A DNA stretch of 32,000 nt, from NCBI GenBank assembly GCA_942493095.1, contig OW818675.1, forward strand, positions 270,001 through 302,000. Direction: 5' to 3'. Positions 20,762 through 30,800 of the stretch are shown piece by piece. A program made the translations under genes and the position numbers. Source of the stretch: Candidatus Electronema halotolerans (GTDB lineage: Bacteria > Desulfobacterota > Desulfobulbia > Desulfobulbales > Desulfobulbaceae). Each line of letters begins with the position of its first letter. The stretch's first letter is position 1. The notes below the pieces were generated by a model. It searched no databases. It had not been told where the DNA came from and was given only the letters and a program-made list of their open reading frames with translations.

Positions 20762-22540
20762 TTGTCCTACCTCGTCCTTGCCCGCAAATCCCGGCCTCAG
20801 AACTTCGCTCAGGTCGTGGGCCAGCAGCACATAGTCCGCACTCTGCGCAACGCCCTCCTGCGCAGCCGGGTGCCGCACGCCCTGATTTTCAGTGGGGTGC
20901 GCGGCACGGGCAAAACCACCTTGGCCCGGATCATGGCCAAAGCCCTCAACTGCGAGAGCGGCCAGCCGCCGGAGCCATGCTGCTCCTGCCGCACGTGCAA
21001 GGAGATCGCCGCAGGCAGCTCGGTTGACCTGCACGAGATCGACGGCGCATCCAATCGCGGCATTCAGGAAATCCGCGAGCTGAAGGAAAACATCCGCTTC
21101 ATGCCGGTCACGTCACGCTTCAAGATCATCATCATTGATGAAGTCCACATGCTGACCACCGAGGCCTTCAACGCCCTGCTCAAGACCTTGGAAGAACCGC
21201 CGGAGCATGTCTATTTCATGTTTGCCACCACTGAGCTGCACAAGGTGCCAGTGACCATCCTTTCCCGCTGCCAACGCTACGAGCTGAAGCGGGTGCCAAG
21301 CAGCGAGCTGGCCGCCCATTTCACCAATCTTGCCCAAAGCGAAGGGATTGCCATTGAGCCAGCCGCGCTCAACATGGTGGTGCGGGCTTCCGGCGGCTCG
21401 GTGCGCGACGGCCTCAGCCTGCTTGATCAGCTTTTTTCGTATTGCGGCGAGCAGGTCTCTGCTCAAGACGCAGCAGAGGTGCTGGGCATGGTTGGCGGCG
21501 AGGTGATTGCCGGAACTGCGCAGGCACTGCTGGCCAGCGATTTGGCCGCCGCTCTCGACCGGCTGGAGACGGTGACAGCCTCTGGCATGGACATCAAACG
21601 CTTCATCAATGAGCTGCTGGCGTGGTTCCGTAATCTGGTGGTCTGCAAGGTGAGCAAAGAACCAGCCTCGCTGCTTGATTTGCCTGCGGATGAGCTGGCT
21701 GTCCTACAGGAGACTGCTGCCGCCCATTCGGCTCAGTCGCTCTTCCTGCTCTTCAATTTGCTCATGGACAGCTTGGAAAAGGCGGCGTGGTCGTCCCGGC
21801 CCCGCTTTGCCGTGGAAATGGCCTTTATTCGGGCTGTGCAGGCTGAAGACGTGGTGCCGGTGACAGAGCTGCTGGGCCGCTTGGACAGCATTTTGGCCGG
21901 AGTCGCCCTGCCGTCAGCCGAGCCTGTCCCGCAGGAGCATAAAAAAAAAATAACTGCTCCATCCGCTCCTGAGCCTGAACAGAGGCAGACACCAGATATC
22001 CCGCCTGCTCCGCCAATGCCGGAAGAGGTGCCGCATCCGGCAGAAACATCGCAAACTGCTCCGGCTCCGCAGCAGGAGAAAAGCGCAGCATCCGGCACAC
22101 GCGACATCCGTAAAGACTGGCAAGAATTTCTTGTATCGATTAAAAAGAGACATGCTATTATTGGTGCTCTCCAATGGGCTAAAGCTCCCTGCCGAGAGAA
22201 CGGCAAATTGATTCTGACGTATGATAACTCGGCGGATTGCTGTGTCTTGAAAAGCAAGGAGAGACTGGCCGAGCTGACTGCGCTGGCTTCAGATTTTTTC
22301 AAAGAAAGCCTTCAGATTGTCTTCTGCGAACCTACGTCTTGTGATGTCTCAACAGACTCCAGCGCAGCGGCAGTGCGGAGCGAGCGGCAGGCCTTGGCCA
22401 ATGATCCCTTGGTCCTGATGGCGGCGGAGATTTTCAACGGCCAAGTTGGTGACATCCGGGTCGGGCCGCAGTACAAGAAAACGCTGGCATCGGAGAAGGG
22501 GGAGACCGATAATAGCGATGACGATGAGGCGCAGCCTTAA
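20762..22540 (+). CDS. dnaX: DNA polymerase III subunits gamma/tau
   Basis: (M)SYLVLARKSRPQNFAQVVGQQHIV and FSGVRGTGKTTLARIMAKALNC (Walker A). A Zn module of Cys residues, IIIIDEVHML and SRCQRY are present. TTG start with no SD. An A10 run lies at 21941-21950. Confidence 0.93.
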   Translation: MSYLVLARKSRPQNFAQVVGQQHIVRTLRNALLRSRVPHALIFSGVRGTGKTTLARIMAKALNCESGQPPEPCCSCRTCKEIAAGSSVDLHEIDGASNRGIQEIRELKENIRFMPVTSRFKIIIIDEVHMLTTEAFNALLKTLEEPPEHVYFMFATTELHKVPVTILSRCQRYELKRVPSSELAAHFTNLAQSEGIAIEPAALNMVVRASGGSVRDGLSLLDQLFSYCGEQVSAQDAAEVLGMVGGEVIAGTAQALLASDLAAALDRLETVTASGMDIKRFINELLAWFRNLVVCKVSKEPASLLDLPADELAVLQETAAAHSAQSLFLLFNLLMDSLEKAAWSSRPRFAVEMAFIRAVQAEDVVPVTELLGRLDSILAGVALPSAEPVPQEHKKKITAPSAPEPEQRQTPDIPPAPPMPEEVPHPAETSQTAPAPQQEKSAASGTRDIRKDWQEFLVSIKKRHAIIGALQWAKAPCRENGKLILTYDNSADCCVLKSKERLAELTALASDFFKESLQIVFCEPTSCDVSTDSSAAAVRSERQALANDPLVLMAAEIFNGQVGDIRVGPQYKKTLASEKGETDNSDDDEAQP

Positions 22541-22556
22541 AAAAAGGAGAGGAGAA

Positions 22557-22865
22557 ATGAATTTGTCGGAAATGATGAAGCAGGCCAAGGAGTTTCAGGA
22601 GAAAATGGGTACTGTGCAGGAGGACTTGGCCTCCCTGACTGTCACGGGTTCAGCAGGCGGCGGCATGGTCACAGCAGCCATGAACGGCAAGGGCGAGCTG
22701 ATCAGCGTCACCCTTGACAAGGCCATAGTCCGCCCGGAGGACGTGGAAATGCTCCAAGACCTGATCGTGGCCGCAGTCAGCGACGCAGCACGCAAAGCCG
22801 CCGAGCTGGGCCGGAACGAGCTGTCCAAGCTGACCGGCGGTCTGAAAATACCGGGATTCCCGTGA
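22557..22865 (+). CDS. ybaB: YbaB/EbfC nucleoid-associated protein
   Basis: ATG 22557 follows GGAGAGGAG. MNLSEMMKQAKEFQEKM...GGGMVTAAMNGKGEL is the YbaB pattern. It sits in the classic position downstream of dnaX. Confidence 0.9.
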   Translation: MNLSEMMKQAKEFQEKMGTVQEDLASLTVTGSAGGGMVTAAMNGKGELISVTLDKAIVRPEDVEMLQDLIVAAVSDAARKAAELGRNELSKLTGGLKIPGFP

Positions 22866-22869
22866 GCGG

Positions 22870-23523
22870 TCAGGCTGTCTGTTCGATCATGCGCACTTGG
22901 GCGACCAGCTCGCGCAGGCGCGCATGATCCTTGCATCCGGGACTGCGTTCAATTCCTGAATTGACATCCACGGCCAAAGGACGCACCGTTTCAATGGCAT
23001 GGCGGATATTGTCCGCATCCAAGCCGCCAGCCAAGATGAAGTCGCGCTGGAGGCGCATATCCGCGATCAGCGACCAGTCAAAACAGTGGCCTGTGCCGCC
23101 CTCCTGGCCCTGCTGATAGGTGTCCAAAAGAAAAGCCCGAACGTGCGGACTGTAGGGGGCAATATCTTCCGCCAGCAGATGCGGCCCGACCCGCAGAGCC
23201 TTGATGATTTGGCAGGGCGCGGCCAGCCGGGCCAGCTGCTCGCAGTATTTGGGCGGCTCCTGACCGTGGAGCTGGACATAGCCAAGGGAGCAGAAGCGGA
23301 TGATTTCCTCCACCTCCTCGCGGTCACGGTCAACAAAAACCCCGACCGTGTCCACAAAGGGCGGCAGCTGCTCAATAATCAGCCGGGCCTCGCCTGGCTC
23401 AATGATGCGGGGGCTTTTCGGATGAAAGATGAAGCCGAGTGCATCCACGCCTGCCTCCACCGCTGCCATTGCATCTTCCAAATTGGTGATGCCGCAGATT
23501 TTGATGCGGATTCGTCTGTTCAT
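22870..23523 (-). CDS. trpF: phosphoribosylanthranilate isomerase
   Basis: IKICGITNLEDAMAAVEAGVDALGFIFHPKSPR and GGLDADNI. Confidence 0.92.
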   Translation of the reverse strand: MNRRIRIKICGITNLEDAMAAVEAGVDALGFIFHPKSPRIIEPGEARLIIEQLPPFVDTVGVFVDRDREEVEEIIRFCSLGYVQLHGQEPPKYCEQLARLAAPCQIIKALRVGPHLLAEDIAPYSPHVRAFLLDTYQQGQEGGTGHCFDWSLIADMRLQRDFILAGGLDADNIRHAIETVRPLAVDVNSGIERSPGCKDHARLRELVAQVRMIEQTA

Positions 23524-23532
23524 AATCCCAAA

Positions 23533-24297
23533 TCAAAGGGAAAGAAAATCCCGCAGCGTTCCAGCTTGCTCCGCGCTGCGCATCAGGCTTTCGCCGATCA
23601 GGGCGGCCTTGACCCCTGCCTCCTTGAGGCGGAGCATGTCCTCGCGGCTGGCAATGCCGGACTCGCTGACCACGGGAATTTCCACTGGAATGAGCCGCTT
23701 GAGACGGAAGGTGGTCTCCAAGCTGACCGTGAAGTCCTTGAGATTGCGGTTGTTGATGCCGACCAAGCGCACCCCGGCGGCAAGAGTTTTTTCCAGCTCA
23801 ACCTCGTCATGGACCTCAATCAGCACATCCATGCCCGCCTCTTCCGCTTGCAGACGCAAGTCCTCCATCTCGCCGCGCTCCAAGAGGGCGGCAATGAGCA
23901 GAACCGCATCGGCACCGTAAGCCGCAGCCTCGTCAATCTGGATTGAATCAAGGATGAAATCCTTGCGCAGCACTGGCAGGGCGACTGTGCTTCTGACCAA
24001 GGGAATGTAGTCAATTGCCCCTTGGAAAAAATCCCTGTCGGTCAGCACGGACATGGCCTGCGCCCCGCCTGCCGCATAGTTGCGGGCGATTTCCTGCGGA
24101 TCAAAATCAGGACGGATCACGCCTTTGGACGGCGAGGCCTTCTTCGCCTCAGCAATGATGGCCACGCCGGGCGCATCTATCAGAGCCTGCATGAAGCCGC
24201 GTGGCGGCGGCACTGCCATTTCCGGTGCCCGGATGCCGTCCCGTTTCAGAACCGCAATTTCTTCCCGCTTGCGGGCGGCGATGGTGTCGAGAATCAT
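23533..24297 (-). CDS. trpC: indole-3-glycerol phosphate synthase
   Basis: IIAEAKKASPSKGVIR, LTDRDFFQG, LRKDFI, IEVHD, GINNRNL and SESGI. Confidence 0.93.
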   Translation of the reverse strand: MILDTIAARKREEIAVLKRDGIRAPEMAVPPPRGFMQALIDAPGVAIIAEAKKASPSKGVIRPDFDPQEIARNYAAGGAQAMSVLTDRDFFQGAIDYIPLVRSTVALPVLRKDFILDSIQIDEAAAYGADAVLLIAALLERGEMEDLRLQAEEAGMDVLIEVHDEVELEKTLAAGVRLVGINNRNLKDFTVSLETTFRLKRLIPVEIPVVSESGIASREDMLRLKEAGVKAALIGESLMRSAEQAGTLRDFLSL

Positions 24298-24299
24298 GG

Positions 24300-26858
24300 C
24301 TACACGGACTGCTGCTTCTTCAGGGTCAGCAGCGGGCTGGCAACAAAGATGGAGGAATAGGTGCCCACCAGAATGCCGGCCAGCAACGCAAAGGAGAAAT
24401 CATGAATCACTGCGCCGCCAAAGAAAAAGAGGGCTGTCAAGGAAAGCAGGGTGGTCAGGGCAGTGATGACGCTCCGGCCCAAGGTGTCGTTAATGCTGAC
24501 ATTGATGATCTCGAACAGGTTCTTTTCGTGCAGCTTGCCCAAATTTTCCCGGATGCGGTCAAACGTGACCACCGTGTCGTTGAGGGAATAGCCTGCCAAG
24601 GTCAGCAGGGCTGTAATCAGGAGCAGATTGATCTCAACGTTGAATATCCAGCAGATGCCCAGCACAGCCAGCACGTCATGATAGGTGGCGGCGGCGGCGG
24701 CCACGGCAAAGCTGAAATTGAAGCGGATGCCGAGATAGAGGAGAATGCCGAGCATGGACAGGGCAATGGCGATGATCGCCTCGTTGCGCAGCACATCAGA
24801 GACTGAGGAGCCGATTTCAGACTGGCTCTCCAAGGTGAAGGAGCCGCCCGTGCTTTTATTCAAAACTGCGGTGATATCTTCGGCAAGATGACCAACTGTG
24901 TCTTCTGACTTCTTAATCTTGACCATGAGCCGGTTTTCGTTGCTGACCTGCTGCAGGTCGGCATTGTAGCCGCCTTGCTCCAGCGCGGAACGCACCTGAT
25001 TCAGTTGGAACGACTTTTCTGTCTTGTACTGCAGCAACGAGCCGCCAGTGAAGTCAACGCCCAGATTGGCATCGCCGCGCAGAATTTCAACAAAGGAAAG
25101 CATGCCGAAAAGCACCAAGGCGGCAGAGATGGCAAAGGCGAATTTCCGCACTGCCATGAAGTCAAAGCGCGGATTTTTGAAAAACTGCATGAACTTCAGC
25201 TCGCGCAGGCTGCGTCGGACATAAAGCCAGTCATAGACCAGACGGGTGCAGAACAGGGCGGTGAAGAGGTTGAAGATGATGCCCAGCGACAGAGTGACGG
25301 CAAAGCCCTTGACCGGCCCGGTCCCGAAAAGAAAGAGCACCAAGGCGGTGATCAGGGTGGTGACCTGCGAGTCAACAATGGAGGAAAAGGCGTTGTCAAA
25401 GCCAGCGTCAACCGAGGAGCGGACTGACTTGCCCAAGGTGAACTCCTCCCGTATCCGTTCGTAAATCAGCACGTTGGCATCAACAGCCATGCCAATGGTG
25501 AGAATGATGCCCGCAATGCCCGGCAGGGTCAGGGTGGTGCCGAACATGGCCAGGCCGGCAAAAAGGAAGAGGATGTTCAGGAGCATGGCCATATCAGCGA
25601 TCACCCCGGAAAGCCGGTAATAGACGATCATGAAGACCAGCACCAGCAGCGCGCCGGACAGTCCGGCAGTCAGGCTCTGGTTGATTGAGTCGCGGCCCAG
25701 GCTGGCTCCCACGGTCATGTTCTGGATGATCTCCACTGGCGCAGGCAGCGCGCCTGCCCGCAGGACAATGGCCAAGTCAGCAGCTTCCTCAGTGGTGAAC
25801 CTGCCGGAAATCTGGGCCGAGCCGCCAAGAATTTTTTCCCGGATCACTGGAGCCGAGCGGACAACGCCGTCAAGAATGATGGCAAAGCGCTTATGGACAT
25901 TCTTCTCGGTGATCTCGCCGAAAATTCTGCCGCCCCGGTTGGTCAGCTCCAAGCTGACAACAGGTTCATTAAAGGTGCCGCCATAACCGACCCGGGCGTT
26001 CTTCACCATCTCGCCAGTCATCATGACCCGGCTTTGCAGCAGCATGGGCACCTTGCGCTCGCGACCGGTCTGCCCGTCAACGACCCGTTCAAAGGCGATT
26101 TCCGTGCCTTTGGGCAGACTGTTCTGCAACGCTAAATTGAGCTGGCGGACGCTGCCGCCCTCGCGCCACTGTCCGTTCGTCACGGCCTGATCAATCAGCT
26201 TGCGCAGCTCAACGCCGGAATCCTCAGCCACCATTTTAAATTCAAGCTGGGCTGTCCTGCCGATCAGATCAATGGCCCGCTTGGGATCTTTCACGCCTGG
26301 CAGCTGAACCACGATCTCATCGTCGCCTTGGCGGACGATCACTGGTTCAGCCACGCCGAACTGATCAATCCGATTGCGGATGATCTCCAGCGACTGGGCC
26401 ACGGCATTGGTGCGGATGAAATCCACCTCCTTCTTGGTCAGCCTGAGCATGATGCGGGGAAAGCTGCCCGCAGCCGCCTCGACCTGAATCTCCAAGTTGG
26501 GAAAGGTCTCTTCAAGCTGATTGACCGTATCCACGGCTCCGGTGTTGGGCAGGGTGAGAATGATCTGCTCAGGATCAGGAGAGTCCATCTGCACGGCATG
26601 GATGTTCTTGTCTGCGAGCGCGTCTTTCAAATCTGTGGCAGCCAGCTCCAGAGAATTTTTCAGAGCCTTGTCCAAGTCCGCCCGCAGGACCAAGTGCATG
26701 CCGCCTTGGAGATCAAGACCGAGCTGCATGCCTCTGGGAGCCAAATACATTTTCCACCAGTCCGGCAGGTCCTTGTAAAAGGAGGGCAGGATGGTCATGA
26801 CCGAAAAGAGAACAGCGGCGCAGACTAAGCCGATTTTCAGTTTCAACGAGTTGTTCAT
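24300..26858 (-). CDS. secDF: fused protein translocase subunit SecDF
   Basis: I prefer ATG 26858 (MNNSLKLKIGLVCAAVLFS). There is a large periplasmic domain, then two blocks of six TM segments carrying SecD and SecF motifs (GLDLQGG, DANVLIYERIRE, GVDFTGG, NDTVVTFDRIRE). Confidence 0.92.
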   Translation of the reverse strand: MNNSLKLKIGLVCAAVLFSVMTILPSFYKDLPDWWKMYLAPRGMQLGLDLQGGMHLVLRADLDKALKNSLELAATDLKDALADKNIHAVQMDSPDPEQIILTLPNTGAVDTVNQLEETFPNLEIQVEAAAGSFPRIMLRLTKKEVDFIRTNAVAQSLEIIRNRIDQFGVAEPVIVRQGDDEIVVQLPGVKDPKRAIDLIGRTAQLEFKMVAEDSGVELRKLIDQAVTNGQWREGGSVRQLNLALQNSLPKGTEIAFERVVDGQTGRERKVPMLLQSRVMMTGEMVKNARVGYGGTFNEPVVSLELTNRGGRIFGEITEKNVHKRFAIILDGVVRSAPVIREKILGGSAQISGRFTTEEAADLAIVLRAGALPAPVEIIQNMTVGASLGRDSINQSLTAGLSGALLVLVFMIVYYRLSGVIADMAMLLNILFLFAGLAMFGTTLTLPGIAGIILTIGMAVDANVLIYERIREEFTLGKSVRSSVDAGFDNAFSSIVDSQVTTLITALVLFLFGTGPVKGFAVTLSLGIIFNLFTALFCTRLVYDWLYVRRSLRELKFMQFFKNPRFDFMAVRKFAFAISAALVLFGMLSFVEILRGDANLGVDFTGGSLLQYKTEKSFQLNQVRSALEQGGYNADLQQVSNENRLMVKIKKSEDTVGHLAEDITAVLNKSTGGSFTLESQSEIGSSVSDVLRNEAIIAIALSMLGILLYLGIRFNFSFAVAAAAATYHDVLAVLGICWIFNVEINLLLITALLTLAGYSLNDTVVTFDRIRENLGKLHEKNLFEIINVSINDTLGRSVITALTTLLSLTALFFFGGAVIHDFSFALLAGILVGTYSSIFVASPLLTLKKQQSV

Positions 26859-26983
26859 AATATCTTTTCCTGATAAGGGAGCAGTTGCGGCGGCGCACTG
26901 CCGCTTGCGAAGCGGCACTTGATGAAAAAAGTTGAACTATACGCCGGAATCGGCGTTCCTGCAACACGGCAGAAACGGATTTT

Positions 26984-27757
26984 TCATCTTTTTTCCTCAA
27001 GCGGCCCTTTCCGGTTGATGGCGGCGGCCATGCAGGCTGCGCCAAAGCCGTTGTCAATATTGACCACTGCCAAGCCAGGGGCGCAGCTGTTGAGCATGCC
27101 GAGCAGGGCGGCAAAACCGCCTGCGCCTGCGCCATAGCCCACTGAGGTTGGCACTGCGACCACCGGGGCTGGACTCAGGCCGGCAACCACTGAAGGCAGC
27201 GCCCCTTCCATGCCGGCGACCACAATCAGCACCGAGGCCTGCTGCAGCAGCTCGCAATGGGCAAGAATGCGGTGCAGTCCGGCCACGCCCGCATCATAGA
27301 TTGTTGCCGTCTCATGGCCGAAATGCTCCAGACAGAGCCGGGCCTCCTCAGCTACAGGCAGATCAGACGTGCCTGCGGTGACTACCGCCACCGTGCCTCT
27401 GCCAATATTCTGCGGAATGTGCTGCTCATTGCCGGTCAGCAGGCGGGCTGTTTCATGATAGCGCAGCCCGCTGACGCAGGCGCAGACATCCGCTGCCTTA
27501 GCCGGATCAATGCGGGTGGCAATGACCGGCATTTCCTGCCGAAGCATGGCAGTCAGAATTTCGATGAGCTGGCCGACGGTCTTGTTTTCACCGAACACCG
27601 CTTCCGGCAGACCGGTGCGCAGCAGCCGCTGATGATCGAGACGGGCGGTGTCCAGCACCTCTGTTTCCAGCCGCCGCAGCCGGGCCAAAACTTGCTCCGG
27701 GCTGGCTGTTCCGCGCCGCACCTGCTGCAAGAGTGAAAAAAGCTGTTGTTCATTCAT
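26984..27757 (-). CDS. larB: nickel-pincer cofactor biosynthesis protein LarB (PurE-like carboxylase/hydrolase)
   Basis: GLPEAVFGENKT, VAVVTAGTSDLPVAEEA, VVAGMEGALPSVVAGL, AVPTSVGYGAG and VVNIDNGFGAA. Confidence 0.85.
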   Translation of the reverse strand: MNEQQLFSLLQQVRRGTASPEQVLARLRRLETEVLDTARLDHQRLLRTGLPEAVFGENKTVGQLIEILTAMLRQEMPVIATRIDPAKAADVCACVSGLRYHETARLLTGNEQHIPQNIGRGTVAVVTAGTSDLPVAEEARLCLEHFGHETATIYDAGVAGLHRILAHCELLQQASVLIVVAGMEGALPSVVAGLSPAPVVAVPTSVGYGAGAGGFAALLGMLNSCAPGLAVVNIDNGFGAACMAAAINRKGPLEEKR

Positions 27758-27894
27758 CCGCTGCGCAGGATAATAGAAGAAAGGAGGAGTTGCATGAAGC
27801 GCCGCAGACTGACCTGAGACCGTTTCTGCCGCCTGCTGGAAAACAGGCGCAGTCTGCGGGATTTTTTCATTTTCTCCAGCCGCATCCTTGAATC

Positions 27895-30800
27895 ATGAAA
27901 CTATTCGCTGAAGAGAACATTGGCAAGCTGATCATTCTCAACTCCAGTCTGGTCGGCCTGCTGATGTGGCTTGGCATTGTCGCGCACACCTTCTGGGACT
28001 CTGAGGTCAACCTGAAAATGGAGCTGGATCACTTGGAAAAGGAGCGGATCGATGCCAAAAAGAGCAGCGTTTCCGACTCGGTTGACGAGCTGATTCAAAG
28101 CATTGAAGTGCGGCGGCAGATGTCGATGAACAGGCTGCATCATAATCTGGAAAGCCAGGTGCTCCAGATTCACGCCATGATGACCCATCTGTATGAGAAA
28201 AACAAGGACAGAATGAAGGGGGCCGAGCTGAAGGATCTTTTGGTCGAGGCGGTGCGGCCTTTCAAATTCAGCAGCGGCCAGAGCTGGTTTTTCATCCGCT
28301 CCTTGGACGGCATCACCAAGCTCTGGCCGCCTGATCCTGATCTGGAAGGGCGCAGCATTTACGAAAACAGCAACGAGAACAAGGTGCATGCCTTCAATGG
28401 CATGGCTGATATCGCCAAGCAGGGCGGCGGTTTTTATGAATATTTCTGGCCCAAGCCCGGAGACGGCCAGAAGCTGCATCAGGCGGCGGCCTATCTGACC
28501 TTTTTTGCTCCCTTCAACTGGTATGTGGGCACTGCCGAATATTTGGACGAGCTTGAACACGACACTCAGCTTCAGTTTCAGGCCGCTGTCAGCCGCCATG
28601 CCGGACGCACTGAGGATGAATATCTGCAAATTATCGATTTGAACGGCATTGACAAGGCCGTCAACGAAGGCAGCCCTCTGAGCAAGCTGCTGCGCAGCGG
28701 CTATCAGGACCCGGAGGCCAAGCGGATCAAGGAGTCCCTCCTCTCCGGCCTCAAGCATGGCGGCGAGATTTTTGTCAAGTATCAGGACCGAAAGCCGGGC
28801 ACGAATCAGCTTGTTTATAAGATGACCTATTTCCGGCTTTATGACAAATGGAACTGGCTGATCGCCGCCGGTTTTGACTACAATGACCTTGAAGACCTGA
28901 TTCAGGTGAAAAAACAGGAGCATCAGCGGCTCTTTCAAGAAAAGCTGCGCATTTCGTTAGCTATTTTCTGTTTCATTCTCTTGGGTGCGCTCTGCATTTC
29001 CCTGCTCTTCGCCCATAAGGTGCGGATGCTTTTCTTCTCCTACCGGCAGCGGCTGGAGGCCTCCAACAAAGAGCTGGTCAAGGCGATAGATGATGCCCGC
29101 ACCGCCACGCTTGCCAAATCAGAATTTCTTGCTAAGATGAGCCATGAAATCCGCACGCCCATGCACGGCATCATTGGCTTGGCTGAACTGACGCTGGAGA
29201 CGGAGATGTCAAAGCAGCAGGCAGACTATATGCGGAAAATTCTCTATTCTTCCAGGAGCCTTGAGGTGATTCTCAATGATGTTCTTGATTTTTCCAAGAT
29301 TGAGGCCGGAATGATGAGGATTGAGCAGGTTCCCTTCAATCTTCCTGATCTTTTTGACAAGCTCGTGCTGATGTTCAGTGAGCACAGCCGAAGGAAGAAT
29401 ATTGCTCTCTCTCTTTCTCTGTCGCCTGATCTGCCGCAGCAGGTGGTCGGCGATCCCGTGCGCCTGCATCAGGTGCTGGCCAATCTGATCGGCAATGCGG
29501 TCAAATTCACGGAAGCCGGACAAATCATGGTCCGGGTCGCAACAGCCCGGCGGAGTGACGAGCAGGTGGAAATCAATTTTTCTGTGCAGGACACCGGCAT
29601 CGGCATTTCCCCAGACCAGCTTCCCCAGCTTTTTGAATCGTTCAAGCAGGCTGACAACTCAACCGCGAGAAAATACGGCGGCACGGGCCTTGGCCTGACC
29701 ATCAGCAAAAATCTTGTCGATTTGATGGGCGGCGACCTGACTGTGGCAAGCGAGGCCGGAGTCGGCAGCACCTTTTCCTGCTCGCTGCTTTTCCAGCTTC
29801 CTGCGCAGCAGAACAGCGGTCTTGCCGCCGACTCTGCCGACATGACCGTCTCAGCCATGCGACGGATCAGAGGAGCGCGCATTCTCTTGGTTGAGGACAA
29901 TCTCATCAATCAGCAGGTGGCGCAGGAGATTCTTGCTAAAGCTGACCTGCGGGTCAGGACGGTCAGCAATGGCTCAGAGGCGGTGGCGGCAGTGGCGGCA
30001 GAGGATTTTGACGCAGTGCTGATGGATATTCAGATGCCGGTCATGGACGGGTATGAGGCGACCCGGAAAATCCGGCAGGAGCTGGGCAGAACTGAACTGC
30101 CGATTCTGGCCATGACCGCTCATGCGGTGAGCGAGGAGCGGGACAGATGCTTCCGCATGGGCATGGATGATCATATTGCCAAACCGGTCAGCCGCAGCAT
30201 GCTGTTCAAGGTTCTGGCCAGATGGATACGACGGCCTCAGCCTGCTGCGGAACAGGCAGAGCCGCAGCTTCCTGCCAAAAGCTGCGGCCCTTCCTGCCTC
30301 AGCGCGCTGTTCCTGGAGGACAGGAAAAACGGTGCTCAGGCTGTCGAGCTTGATCTGGCCGGTGGGATGGAACGGCTGGAAGGCAATAAGAACCTGTACG
30401 TGAAGCTGCTCAAGAACTTCTGCCAAGAGCAGGAAAACATCGAGGCCCGGACTGAAGAGCTGCTGCGGACAAACAGTGTTGAGGCGGCTGTCTGTTCGGC
30501 CCACAGTTTGAAAGGCGTGGCTGGCAATATTGGCCTGCCCGGAGTGCAAAAAATGGCGGCCAAGGCTGAAGAAGCCTTGCGGGCTGGCTGGACAGCGGAA
30601 TCACAGGCACAACTGCGTCAGTTGGCCAGGCAGGTGCGGCAAACGGTTGATCATCTCAGCAGCCGTCTCAGCCCGGCGGAGAACAGCGAGGAGGAACAGG
30701 AAGTTCCAGAGAATTTTGACCGGCAGGCCTCCTTGCAGACTCTTCAGCAACTTGCCGCCCTGCTGGAGCAGGCAGACTACTCCTCGCTCCAGTTTCTTGA

